A stretch of DNA of 24,000 bases from Citrobacter sp. Awk 4. GTDB taxonomy: Bacteria; Pseudomonadota; Gammaproteobacteria; Enterobacterales; Enterobacteriaceae. Position 1 is the stretch's first letter. The number at the start of each line of letters is the position of its first letter. The stretch is taken from contig NZ_JANEWG010000036.1 of the NCBI RefSeq assembly GCF_028069725.1, forward strand, positions 1 through 24,000, given 5' to 3'. This document shows, one piece after another, positions 1 through 17,439 of the stretch. Made by a program: the position numbers and the translations under genes. A model generated the notes under the pieces. That model was not told where the DNA came from. It saw only the letters and a list, made by a program, of their open reading frames with translations, and did not search any database.

Positions 1-3
1 AAA

Positions 4-17
4 TTAGATATATCTAA
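4..17. promoter_or_regulatory. Perfect 14-bp palindrome TTAGATATATCTAA upstream of yqjI; candidate operator, possibly for YqjI autoregulation
   Basis: Read directly: TTAGATA|TATCTAA at 4-17, AAGGAG RBS at 25-30, ATG at 38. Function is inferred from position only. The window starts at base 1, so the rest of the control region is not visible. Confidence 0.35.
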
Positions 18-37
18 ACAACGTAAGGAGATGAATC

Positions 38-778
38 ATGCGACACCTACATGAGGGTTGCTGTAAAGGCGAAGGACATCCACACGAAGGCTGCCATAAC
101 GAGCATCAACATGAGGGCTGCTGTAAAGGCGAAGGACATCCGCACGAAGGCTGCCATCACGAGCATCAACAAGAGGGCTGCTGTAAAAACGAAGGACATC
201 AGCACGAAGGTTGCCATCACGAGCATCAACAAGAGGGCTGCTGTAAAGGCGAAGGGCATCACGGCCATGAACATGGCTGCGGGCATCGCCACGGTCGGGG
301 TGGAGGCGGGCGTCGCCAGCGATTTTTCGGTCACGGCGAGTTACGTCTGGTGATTATGGATATCCTGACCCGCGACGCGAGTCACGGCTACGAGCTCATC
401 AAAGCCATTGAAACGCTGACACAGGGTAACTACACCCCCAGTCCTGGCGTGATTTATCCAACACTGGATTTCCTGCAAGATCAGGAATTTATCAGTATCA
501 GCGAAGAAGAAGGCGGCCGAAAGAAGATAGCCATCACCCAGACAGGACAACAGTGGCTGGATGAAAACAATGAACAACTCGCACGCATTCAGGAACGCGT
601 AAAAGCACGTTGTGTGGGCTTCGAATTACGTAAAAACCCGCAGATGAAGCGGGCGCTGGATAACTTCAAAGCCGTGCTGGATCTGCGGGTAAATCAGGCT
701 GATATCAGTGAAGCACAGATCAAAAAAATCATCGGCGTGATTGACCGCGCAGCGCTGGACATCACCCAGCTCGATTAA
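38..778 (+). CDS. yqjI: PadR-family metal-responsive (Ni/Fe) transcriptional repressor YqjI with a Cys/His-rich N-terminal tract
   Basis: 246-aa ORF. AAGGAG RBS lies 7 nt upstream of the ATG. The C-terminal two-thirds (GELRLVIMDILTRDASHGYELIKAIE...PSPGVIYPTLDFLQDQ...) matches the PadR winged-helix of E. coli YqjI as I recall it. The N-terminus is HEGCC/HEGCH repeats. Position next to aer matches K-12 synteny. Confidence 0.93.
   Translation: MRHLHEGCCKGEGHPHEGCHNEHQHEGCCKGEGHPHEGCHHEHQQEGCCKNEGHQHEGCHHEHQQEGCCKGEGHHGHEHGCGHRHGRGGGGRRQRFFGHGELRLVIMDILTRDASHGYELIKAIETLTQGNYTPSPGVIYPTLDFLQDQEFISISEEEGGRKKIAITQTGQQWLDENNEQLARIQERVKARCVGFELRKNPQMKRALDNFKAVLDLRVNQADISEAQIKKIIGVIDRAALDITQLD
50..262 (+). 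repeat. In-frame 60-bp (20-codon) tandem repeat, 3 full copies plus about half of a fourth, inside yqjI
   Basis: Copies lie at 50-109, 110-169 and 170-229, with a partial copy at 230-262. Copy 1 differs from copy 2 by 3 substitutions; copy 2 differs from copy 3 by 5. Each copy encodes (H/Q)EGCCK(G/N)EGH(P/Q)HEGCH(N/H)EHQ. Confidence 0.9.
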
Positions 779-793
779 ACGGGCTGTGTATTC

Positions 794-846
794 GCGTCCC
801 TGCCCCCGCCTCCCTTTGGAGGCGAGAGAAACCGCTTCAGGGACGC
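794..846. terminator. Nested hairpins between convergent yqjI and aer; possible bidirectional terminator
   Basis: Outer stem GCGTCCCTG (794-802) pairs with CAGGGACGC (838-846). Inner stem CGCCTCC (807-813) pairs with GGAGGCG (818-824) around a 4-nt loop. No clear U-tract on either strand, so confidence is modest. Confidence 0.4.
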
Positions 847-850
847 GGAC

Positions 851-2371
851 TCAGTGCAGAACCGTGACGGCATCTTCCAGACGGCTGGCGCGGTGTTTCA
901 CCATTGCTGAAACTCTCGCGCTTTCCTCCACCAGTTCGGCATTCTTATGCGTGATGTTGTTCAACTCATCCACCGCCAGCGTCAGGCTGGAAAGCCCGTC
1001 CGACTGTTCCAGCGTCGAATGACTGATTTGGGCGATGAGCTGGGTCACATTTTGCACCTGCGCCACAATGTCATCCATCGTTCGCCCCGCCGCATGAACC
1101 TGCTCTGAACCAGACTGCACCCGGGAAGCACTGGCATCAATTAGCTTACGAATATCATTTGCCGCGCTGGCGCTTCGGCTGGCTAGGTGGCGAACCTCCC
1201 CTGCAACGACGGCAAAACCTTTGCCCTGTTCGCCTGCTCGCGCGGCTTCGACGGCGGCATTCAGTGCCAGAATGTTGGTCTGAAACGCGATGTCGTTAAT
1301 GAGGGCGGTGATCGTGCCGATCCGCTGCGTGCTGTCAGCAATGTCATCCATCGTTTTGATGACGGTCTCCATCGCTTCCCCACCCTGAGTCGCCGCACCG
1401 CTGGCCGCGATGGAAAGTTTGTCGGCAGCCGATGCCGTGGCGGTATTTTTCTTCACCGACTCCGCCATCTGATTCATGGTGGTTACCGTTTGCTGCACAT
1501 TTTCCACCGTCTGGCGGGTGTGTTTGTTCAGATCATCATTCCCTTTCGCCAGCGTTTCACTGCCATTTCTGACGCTGGAGACCTGACTTGAGACATCATT
1601 GATAAGCCAGCGGCACATCAATCCAAGCTGACCCACAGCCCGCAGCGTCAAGCCCAACTCGTCGCTGCGATTCAGATGCGTCACACTGTTACGATCCCCT
1701 GTCGCCACCTTCAATGCCTGACGGGCCACATTTTCAATCGGACGCACAATTTGCCACTCAAACATCGCCGTCCCCAACAGCATGACCAGCGCGCTGATCA
1801 TCATCGACGTAACGGAGGCATTTTGCAGCATCAGGCTCGCCGTCAGGACAGCGAAGATGAACGCCATCACACAACGTACCCGCCAGCGAATAGGAAGTGC
1901 CGGAAGTTTACCTAACCAGCCCTTACGCACCACCAGCCCTTTGTGGAGGCGTTTACGGCATCGCCCTTCGTTCAGGGCCTGATACAACGGCTCAACCGCC
2001 GCAATTTCATCTTCCGTCGCCCGGATACGAATGGACATATACCCGGTCACTTTACCCTCGCGAACCATCGGCACCGCATTGGCGCGGATCCAATAGTGAT
2101 CGCCATTCTTGCAGCGATTCTTCACGATGCCGCTCCACGGTTCCCCTTGTTGCAGGGTGTACCACATATCCGCGAATGCCGCTTTCGGCATATCAGGATG
2201 ACGCACAAGGTTATGCGGCTGCGCCTGGAGTTCGCTCAACGAATAGCCGCTCACCTGCACGAAGGTGTCATTCGCATGCGTGATATAGCTGTGTAGGTCA
2301 GTCGTGGACATGAGGGTCGTATCGTCGTCCAGCGGAATACTTTTCTGGCTGACGTAGAGATGAGAAGACAT
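851..2371 (-). CDS. aer: Aerotaxis receptor Aer (PAS-FAD sensor, HAMP and MCP signalling domain)
   Basis: 506-aa ORF, the same length as E. coli Aer. The N-terminal PAS region (TTDLHSYITHANDTFVQVSGY...NRCKNGDHYW) and the invariant MCP hairpin (NILALNAAVEAARAGEQGKGFAVVAGEVRHLA) are recognisable. An AGGA RBS precedes the ATG. Confidence 0.96.
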   Translation of the reverse strand: MSSHLYVSQKSIPLDDDTTLMSTTDLHSYITHANDTFVQVSGYSLSELQAQPHNLVRHPDMPKAAFADMWYTLQQGEPWSGIVKNRCKNGDHYWIRANAVPMVREGKVTGYMSIRIRATEDEIAAVEPLYQALNEGRCRKRLHKGLVVRKGWLGKLPALPIRWRVRCVMAFIFAVLTASLMLQNASVTSMMISALVMLLGTAMFEWQIVRPIENVARQALKVATGDRNSVTHLNRSDELGLTLRAVGQLGLMCRWLINDVSSQVSSVRNGSETLAKGNDDLNKHTRQTVENVQQTVTTMNQMAESVKKNTATASAADKLSIAASGAATQGGEAMETVIKTMDDIADSTQRIGTITALINDIAFQTNILALNAAVEAARAGEQGKGFAVVAGEVRHLASRSASAANDIRKLIDASASRVQSGSEQVHAAGRTMDDIVAQVQNVTQLIAQISHSTLEQSDGLSSLTLAVDELNNITHKNAELVEESARVSAMVKHRASRLEDAVTVLH

Positions 2372-2421
2372 GATCGCGTCCTATGCAGGTTATTTTGGTG
2401 TTAACTTTTCTGTCAGATGTT

Positions 2422-2448
2422 ATTTCGGCGCTAATCGATTTATCTTTA
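2422..2448 (-). promoter_or_regulatory. Sigma28 (FliA)-type promoter for aer
   Basis: The minus strand reads TAAAGATA-N11-GCCGAAAT. The consensus is TAAAGTTT-N11-GCCGATAA, giving 6/8 and 6/8 matches at exact spacing. It lies about 50 bp upstream of the aer ATG. aer is an established class 3 flagellar regulon gene. Confidence 0.6.
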
Positions 2449-2586
2449 GTTGTTAAAATTGATTTAGATCGCAATTTGCGATTAAACCTCAATATTTGTA
2501 TGCAATCTAATCCATTGATTTAAATTACTTTCATTGCGTAACTATCAAGCCGTACTGAATCCTCCGCCCTGGTTTTGGGCATTTTT

Positions 2587-2603
2587 TGCACTTTTTCGGG
2601 GCA
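2587..2603 (+). promoter_or_regulatory. NtrC-like enhancer site upstream of patA
   Basis: TGCACTTTTTCGGGGCA matches the consensus TGCACCnnnnTGGTGCA at 10 of 13 specified positions. It lies about 145 bp upstream of the sigma54 -24 element. Flanking GGGCA/TGC units at 2577-2611 suggest further half-sites. Confidence 0.4.
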
Positions 2604-2690
2604 TTTTGCGGGTAAAAATGGACGCATCTGCGTACATAAAGTCGGTTATGCCGTCTCGATTGTTAACAAATAAGATTAAATGTTGCGTAA

Positions 2691-4181
<1,491 letters not shown>

Positions 4182-4186
4182 CAGAT

Positions 4187-4270
4187 GCCGGATGGCGGCG
4201 GCGTTCTTACCCGGTTTACGAATGCACCACACCGTAGGCCGGGTAAGATACGTTAGTCTCGCCATCCGGC
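4187..4270. repeat. BIME: two REP units in inverted orientation between patA and ygjH
   Basis: GCCGGATGGCG (4187-4197) is the reverse complement of CGCCATCCGGC (4260-4270). CTTACCCGG (4207-4215) is the reverse complement of CCGGGTAAG (4239-4247). The right unit, GTAGGCCGGGTAAG...CGCCATCCGGC, resembles the enterobacterial REP consensus. Confidence 0.75.
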
Positions 4271-4283
4271 CTGATCACACCAC

Positions 4284-4644
<361 letters not shown>

Positions 4645-4776
4645 ATCATAGCAAAACATTTTCCTTTCGCGGCACTGCAAAAAGGGAAAATGACACGCTT
4701 ATCACACTCTGAAAGCGAGGATTTACCCTGAGAGAGTCAAATAAACACGCTTTATTTACTGAAAACAGATGAATAG

Positions 4777-5817
<1,041 letters not shown>

Positions 5818-5831
5818 TCCCCCTTTTCTCC

Positions 5832-5868
5832 CGCCCGGGCGCTCAGCCGCCGGGCGCGCATTTTCATT
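5832..5868 (+). terminator. Possible ebgR terminator hairpin
   Basis: GC-rich stem CGCCCGG (5832-5838) pairs with CCGGGCG (5850-5856), followed by CGCATTTTCATT. The U-tract is interrupted and weak. Confidence 0.35.
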
Positions 5869-5932
5869 CACCCCACACCCGCTTACACGCTGGTTTTGTG
5901 ATCAAGTTAAAGTTAATCGTTTTTACTGCTAT

Positions 5933-5957
5933 ATTTTAGTAAAACTTTTACTAAAAT
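5933..5957. promoter_or_regulatory. 25-bp perfect palindrome ATTTTAGTAAAA-C-TTTTACTAAAAT; candidate ebg operator overlapping the ebgA promoter
   Basis: 12-bp perfect arms read directly. The palindrome overlaps a TATATT -10-like hexamer (5930-5935) paired with TTAAAG (5907-5912) at 17-bp spacing. A TGTGA CRP half-site lies at 5897-5901 and an extra half-site TTTTACT at 5921-5927. The element lies 66 bp upstream of the ebgA ATG. Confidence 0.55.
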
Positions 5958-5969
5958 TACTTCCAATAA

Positions 5970-11054
<5,085 letters not shown>

Positions 11055-11088
11055 CGACATAACACTAAAAAAGCACCATCTCCGGTTT

Positions 11089-11117
11089 GCTCTCCCTTCG
11101 GGGGGAGCTTCTTTTTT
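11089..11117 (+). terminator. Rho-independent terminator after ygjI
   Basis: GCTCTCCC-TTCG-GGGGGAGC stem-loop followed by TTCTTTTTT. Confidence 0.65.
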
Positions 11118-11177
11118 GAATCCCATCACAATCATTACATTCCTCTTTTCCCTTTTGCGCGCCGACAGCTAAATTAG

Positions 11178-11194
11178 AACTCATCCGACCACAT
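11178..11194. promoter_or_regulatory. FadR operator at the fadH promoter
   Basis: AACTCATCCGACCACAT matches the FadR consensus (approximately AACTGGTCCGACCTGTT) at 12/17 positions, including the central TCCGACC core. It lies 30-46 bp upstream of the fadH ATG. fadH is an established FadR regulon member. Confidence 0.55.
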
Positions 11195-11202
11195 AACAAT
11201 AA

Positions 11203-13242
<2,040 letters not shown>

Positions 13243-13247
13243 CCTGT

Positions 13248-13275
13248 TGCCCGATGGCGCTGCGCTTATCGGGCA
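13248..13275. repeat. Single REP-like hairpin between convergent fadH and rlmG
   Basis: TGCCCGAT-GGCGCTGCGCTT-ATCGGGCA has an 8-bp perfect stem. It resembles the REP form GCCTGATGCGCTACGCTTATCAGGC. It occupies most of the 40-bp intergenic gap. Confidence 0.6.
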
Positions 13276-13282
13276 TACACGT

Positions 13283-14419
13283 TTAGCGGCGACGTCCCAG
13301 CTTCACCGCTTTGAGCACCACAAATTTATTGTTGGTCGCGATAGTGGCGCAGTTACCAAAAATCTTCTTCAGCTTGTGGAAGTAATCCAGGTGACGGTTC
13401 GCCACAATATACAGCTCGCCGTTGATCTTCAGACAACGACGCGCGTGATGGAACATCTCCCAGGCGATGTTATCGGTCAGCGCATGCTTCTGATGGAACG
13501 GCGGGTTGCACAGCACCGCGTTAAAGCGGAATGGCTCTACGCCAGAGAGCGCGTTATTAATCATAAATTCGCAGCGATCCAACGCTTCCGGCATGTTGGT
13601 TTCCACGTTCAGACGGCTGGACGCTACGGCCATCGGCGATTCATCAACAAACACCACGCTCGCCTGTGGATTCTTCTCCAGCAACGTCAGACCAATCACC
13701 CCGTTGCCGCATCCGAGATCCACGATCTCCCCTTCCAGATTGTCGGGCAGATGCTCAATAAAGAAACGGGCGCCAATATCCAGACCGGTACGTGAAAAGA
13801 CATTCGCATGGTTGTGAATCGTCCAGTCGGTGCCTTCAAGCTTCCAGCTCAGCGTCTGCGGCGTCTCGGCAAGCGCAGGTTCGCTGAAGGTACAGTTGAT
13901 CAACCGCGCTTTTTTCCACGCCAGGGTGGTGGTGGCTGGACCGAGTACCTTCTCAAAAAGGTCCAACGTGGAAGTGTGAATATCACGCGCTTTCGCCCCG
14001 GCGATAATACGGGTTTGCGGCGTCACGACCTTGCGCAACGCGCGCAGTTGCTGCTCAAGCAGGGCCAGCGTTTTAGGCACTTTGATCAGCACCACACCCG
14101 GTGCTGGCGGATAGTCCGCCGTGCTGTCGAGAAATTTGACGCTGGATTCGGCGATGTCGTTATGGCGCAGGTTTTCGCGCGTGGCGAGTTCGCTCAGATA
14201 AGAATCACCGATGCTGTAAGGAGTATGTTCGGCCAGCGCGCAACCCAATGCACCGAAGGTATCATTCAGGATCAGAACCGGGCCGCTAATCACCGTATCG
14301 TCCAACTGCTGCAGCAGATATTCATCCGCCGCTTCCCACGCCAGCAGCGGGTTAACGTCGTCCGTCTCCGGGAAACGTTTAAGTGTCAGTGAACGGAAAC
14401 CGTTGTCTAAGTGGCTCAT
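13283..14419 (-). CDS. rlmG: 23S rRNA (guanine1835-N2)-methyltransferase
   Basis: 378-aa ORF, the same length as E. coli RlmG/YgjO. SAM-binding motif [11 protein letters not shown] and catalytic NPPFH are present. An AGGAGGG RBS precedes the ATG. Confidence 0.95.
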   Translation of the reverse strand: MSHLDNGFRSLTLKRFPETDDVNPLLAWEAADEYLLQQLDDTVISGPVLILNDTFGALGCALAEHTPYSIGDSYLSELATRENLRHNDIAESSVKFLDSTADYPPAPGVVLIKVPKTLALLEQQLRALRKVVTPQTRIIAGAKARDIHTSTLDLFEKVLGPATTTLAWKKARLINCTFSEPALAETPQTLSWKLEGTDWTIHNHANVFSRTGLDIGARFFIEHLPDNLEGEIVDLGCGNGVIGLTLLEKNPQASVVFVDESPMAVASSRLNVETNMPEALDRCEFMINNALSGVEPFRFNAVLCNPPFHQKHALTDNIAWEMFHHARRCLKINGELYIVANRHLDYFHKLKKIFGNCATIATNNKFVVLKAVKLGRRR

Positions 14420-14483
14420 CGGCCCTCCTGAGTGGTAAAATTTCGGCGTTATCCCTGAAAAGGGTGCGTGAGTATACCTTTTT

Positions 14484-14608
14484 TATATACAAAATCATTC
14501 AAGTTGCATGAAGTTGGCAAGAGAGAGAATCCCCAGGAGCTTACATAAGTAAGTAACTGGGGTGAACGAACGCAGCCAACGCACAGGCAGCTTGAAGGAT
14601 GAAGTGTA
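14484..14608. repeat. ERIC/IRU (enterobacterial repetitive intergenic consensus) element
   Basis: The core GAATCCCCAGGAGCTTACATAAGTAAGTAACTGGGGTGAACGAACGCAGCC matches the ERIC core, to which the ERIC1R and ERIC2 primers anneal. The flanking arms TTCAAGTTGCATG and CAGGCAGCTTGAA are imperfectly complementary. Total length is about 125 bp, and the boundaries are approximate. Confidence 0.85.
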
Positions 14609-14618
14609 TGGAGTGTTG

Positions 14619-15119
14619 ATGAGTAATCTTAGTTATCTGCAGGGCTATCCGGAGAACTTGCTTTCCCAGGTACGCACTTTAATTGCCGAAGAGCGGCTGG
14701 GCAGCGTTCTTGAAAAACGGTATCTAGGCACACACAACTTCGCGACCGACAAAGCGCTCTGGCAGTACACCCAGGATCTGAAAAATCAGTTTCTGCGTAA
14801 TGCGCCGCCGATCAATAAAGTGATGTATGACAATAAGATCCACGTCCTGAATAACGCTCTCGGCCTGCATACCGCCGTTTCACGCGTCCAGGGCGGTAAG
14901 CTGAAAGCAAAAGCGGAGATCCGCGTCGCCACGGTTTTTCGCAACGCGCCGGAGCCGTTCCTGAGGATGATCGTCGTCCATGAACTGGCGCATCTCAAAG
15001 AGAAAGAGCACAACAAAGCGTTCTACCAGTTGTGTTGTTATATGGAGCCGCAGTATCACCAGCTTGAGTTTGATACCCGCCTGTGGCTGACGCAGCTTTC
15101 GTTAAAGGAAACTGCGTAA
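14619..15119 (+). CDS. ygjP: YgjP, DUF45/M48-like zinc metallohydrolase (reported UTP pyrophosphatase)
   Basis: Starting at ATG 14619 gives 166 aa beginning MSNLSYLQGYPE, matching the E. coli YgjP N-terminus as I recall it. The HEXXH motif (VVHELAHLKEKEH) is present. A GGAG RBS lies 5 nt upstream. The ORF-track GTG at 14562 lies inside the ERIC element. Confidence 0.9.
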   Translation: MSNLSYLQGYPENLLSQVRTLIAEERLGSVLEKRYLGTHNFATDKALWQYTQDLKNQFLRNAPPINKVMYDNKIHVLNNALGLHTAVSRVQGGKLKAKAEIRVATVFRNAPEPFLRMIVVHELAHLKEKEHNKAFYQLCCYMEPQYHQLEFDTRLWLTQLSLKETA

Positions 15120-15191
15120 TCGCGCACTGGCTTTGCCATAAAGGCGTGATACATTGGCGCAAGAATCCCTTTATGGAGCCTGAAGGCGTTT

Positions 15192-16190
15192 ATGATACGT
15201 TTCGCTGTTATTGGCACAAACTGGATCACCCGCCAGTTTGTCGATGCCGCTCATGAAACCGGCAAATATAAGTTAACCGCAGTCTATTCCCGCAGCCTCG
15301 AGCAGGCACAAGCTTTCGCTAACGACTATCCCGTCGAACATCTGTTTACCTCGCTGGACGCCATGGCGCAAAGCGAGGCGATTGACGCGGTCTATATTGC
15401 CAGCCCAAACTCACTGCATTTTCCCCAGACCCGGCTCTTTCTCAGCCACCAAAAACATGTGATCTGCGAGAAGCCGCTGGCATCGAATCTGGCTGAGGTT
15501 GAAGCGGCTATCGCCTGCGCCCGCGAAAATCAGGTCGTGCTCTTTGAAGCCTTTAAAACGGCCAGCCTGCCCAATTTCCAGCTGTTGCAACAAGCCTTGC
15601 CGAAGGTGGGGAAAATACGTAAGGCGTTTATCAATTACTGCCAGTACTCCTCGCGTTACCAGCGTTATCTGGACGGTGAAAACCCCAACACCTTTAATCC
15701 GGCGTTTTCAAATGGCTCGATCATGGATATCGGCTTTTATTGCCTGGCGTCTGCCGTCGCCCTCTGGGGCGAACCTCAGGGCGTGCAGGCTTCTGCCAGC
15801 CTGCTGGAAAGCGGCGTTGATGCCCACGGCGTCGTGGTGCTGAATTACGGTGATTTCAGCGTGACCTTGCAGCACTCTAAGGTCAGCGACTCTGTACTGG
15901 CCAGCGAAATTCAGGGGGAAGCCGGTTCTCTGGTGATTGAGAAAATCGCCGAGTGTCAGAAAGTCTGCTTTATCCCACGCGGCGGCAAAACGCAGGATCT
16001 TACGGTGCCTCAGCATATTAATACTATGCTCTATGAAGCAGAGACCTTTGCGCATTTGATTGAAACGCATGAGGTGAACCATCCCGCTCTGGAAGTCAGC
16101 CGCATGACCGCGAAACTGCAAACGGAAATTCGTCGCCAGACGGGAGTGGTATTCCCGGCGGATAATCAAAACCCGGCAGCCATTGCGTAA
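15192..16190 (+). CDS. ygjR: Gfo/Idh/MocA-family NAD(P)-dependent oxidoreductase YgjR
   Basis: 332-aa ORF with the N-terminal Rossmann motif MIRFAVIGTNWITRQF and the EKP motif (VICEKPLA). Sequence and position match E. coli YgjR as I recall it. Confidence 0.92.
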   Translation: MIRFAVIGTNWITRQFVDAAHETGKYKLTAVYSRSLEQAQAFANDYPVEHLFTSLDAMAQSEAIDAVYIASPNSLHFPQTRLFLSHQKHVICEKPLASNLAEVEAAIACARENQVVLFEAFKTASLPNFQLLQQALPKVGKIRKAFINYCQYSSRYQRYLDGENPNTFNPAFSNGSIMDIGFYCLASAVALWGEPQGVQASASLLESGVDAHGVVVLNYGDFSVTLQHSKVSDSVLASEIQGEAGSLVIEKIAECQKVCFIPRGGKTQDLTVPQHINTMLYEAETFAHLIETHEVNHPALEVSRMTAKLQTEIRRQTGVVFPADNQNPAAIA

Positions 16191-16210
16191 ATCAATGTAA
16201 AACAGATGTA

Positions 16211-16248
16211 ACAGGCCATTGACTGACAGCATGGCCTGTCATATTTTG
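16211..16248 (+). terminator. ygjR terminator hairpin
   Basis: ACAGGCCAT (16211-16219) pairs with ATGGCCTGT (16231-16239) in a 9-bp perfect stem, followed by CATATTTTGT. Confidence 0.5.
16219..16247 (+). promoter_or_regulatory. Sigma70-type promoter for the alx leader, embedded in the ygjR terminator hairpin
   Basis: TTGACT (16219-16224), a 17-bp spacer, then TATTTT (16242-16247). The predicted start near 16254 falls just before the riboswitch 5' motif AAAGGGGAGTAAC. Confidence 0.5.
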
Positions 16249-16253
16249 TAACC

Positions 16254-16462
16254 TGCAAAGGGGAGTAACTTCATTGCCGGTGGATCGTCATTACGATGTG
16301 TGAAAAACCACATCCGGTCACCGGGCAACAAAACAGGAATGCGTCGTCGTATTCCTGTTTTGTTGTAAGTGAGACCTTGCCGGAAGGCGAGGTCTATGCA
16401 TATAAAAAGCAACGGCTGGCGTCTTCTGACGTTGGCCGTTTTTTTATGTGTAAGGAAATTTT
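16254..16462 (+). promoter_or_regulatory. sraF: alx 5' leader: yybP-ykoY (Mn2+) riboswitch and pH-responsive element, the SraF RNA locus
   Basis: The conserved yybP-ykoY signatures AAAGGGGAGUAAC (from 16257) and GUGAGACCUUGCC (about 16369-16381) are present. The leader lies directly upstream of the TerC-family gene alx, as in E. coli. The assignment rests on recall of the motif, not on a covariance-model search. Confidence 0.7.
16411..16447 (+). terminator. Leader attenuator/terminator immediately upstream of the alx RBS
   Basis: AACGGCTGGCGTC-TTCT-GACGTTGGCCGTT forms a 13-bp stem (3 G-U pairs) followed by TTTTTAT. The AAGGA RBS at 16452-16456 and the ATG at 16463 follow. Confidence 0.55.
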
Positions 16463-17431
16463 ATGAATACTGTCGGCACACCGTTGTTATGGGGCGGATT
16501 CACTGTCGTTGTGGTGATTATGCTGGCTATTGATCTTCTGCTTCAGGGGCGTCGTGGCGCACACACGATGTCGATGAAGCAGGCGGCGATCTGGTCCCTG
16601 GTCTGGGTAACACTCTCATTATTGTTTAACGCTGTATTCTGGTGGTATCTGGTTCAAACGCAGGGACGTGCGGTTGCCGATCCGCAAGCGCTGGCGTTTC
16701 TGACCGGTTATTTGATCGAAAAATCGCTGGCGGTGGATAACGTCTTTGTCTGGCTGATGCTGTTCAGCTACTTCTCTGTCCCACCTGCGTTGCAGCGTCG
16801 GGTGCTGGTCTATGGCGTACTGGGTGCGATCGTGCTGCGTACCATCATGATCTTTGCCGGAAGCTGGCTGATCACACAGTTCGAGTGGTTGCTGTATGTG
16901 TTCGGCGCCTTCCTGCTGTTTACCGGTGTAAAAATGGCGCTGGCGAAAGAAGATGCGTCCGGCATCGGCGACAGACCGGTGGTCCGCTGGCTGCGTGGGC
17001 ATCTGCGCATGACCGATACTATCGAGAATGAACATTTCTTCGTGCGTAAGAACGGCCTGTTGTTCGTGACACCGCTGATGCTGGTGCTGATTCTGGTTGA
17101 ACTGAGCGACGTCATTTTCGCCGTCGACAGTATCCCGGCTATCTTTGCCGTCACGACCGATCCGTTCATTGTGCTGACCTCTAACCTGTTCGCTATTCTG
17201 GGTCTGCGTGCGATGTACTTCCTGCTGGCAGGGGTCGCGGAGCGCTTCTCAATGCTCAAATATGGTTTGTCGGTCATCCTCGTGTTCATTGGTATTAAGA
17301 TGCTGATTGTCGACTTCTATCATATTCCTATCGCCATCTCGTTAGGTGTGGTGTTTGGGATCCTGACCGTGACGCTGCTCGTTAACGCATGGGTAAACCA
17401 TCAAAACGATAAGAAACAGCAAGCGCAGTAA
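16463..17431 (+). CDS. alx: TerC-family inner-membrane protein Alx (putative Mn2+ exporter, alkaline-induced)
   Basis: 322-aa polytopic ORF that closely matches E. coli Alx/YgjT as I recall it. It sits downstream of the yybP-ykoY leader. Confidence 0.96.
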   Translation: MNTVGTPLLWGGFTVVVVIMLAIDLLLQGRRGAHTMSMKQAAIWSLVWVTLSLLFNAVFWWYLVQTQGRAVADPQALAFLTGYLIEKSLAVDNVFVWLMLFSYFSVPPALQRRVLVYGVLGAIVLRTIMIFAGSWLITQFEWLLYVFGAFLLFTGVKMALAKEDASGIGDRPVVRWLRGHLRMTDTIENEHFFVRKNGLLFVTPLMLVLILVELSDVIFAVDSIPAIFAVTTDPFIVLTSNLFAILGLRAMYFLLAGVAERFSMLKYGLSVILVFIGIKMLIVDFYHIPIAISLGVVFGILTVTLLVNAWVNHQNDKKQQAQ

Positions 17432-17439
17432 TCTCCCCA

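Noticed and set aside
50-262. Whether the 60-bp repeats could be a CRISPR array or minisatellite outside a gene
   Set aside because: The units are directly abutting with no spacers, are in frame, and encode a coherent Cys/His peptide inside yqjI. No cas genes are nearby.
47-353. 95-aa (-) and 100-aa (+) ORFs overlapping the start of yqjI
   Set aside because: These are alternate-frame readings of the 60-bp tandem repeat, and their periodic sequence simply mirrors it. Only the frame starting at 38 has an RBS and continues into the PadR domain.
2577-2590. GGGCATTTTTTGCA as a sigma54 -24/-12 element
   Set aside because: The GG-to-GC spacing is 10-11 nt rather than 12. The properly spaced TGGCGC-N5-CTGCA at 2740-2755 is a much better candidate. 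This stretch fits better as NtrC half-sites.
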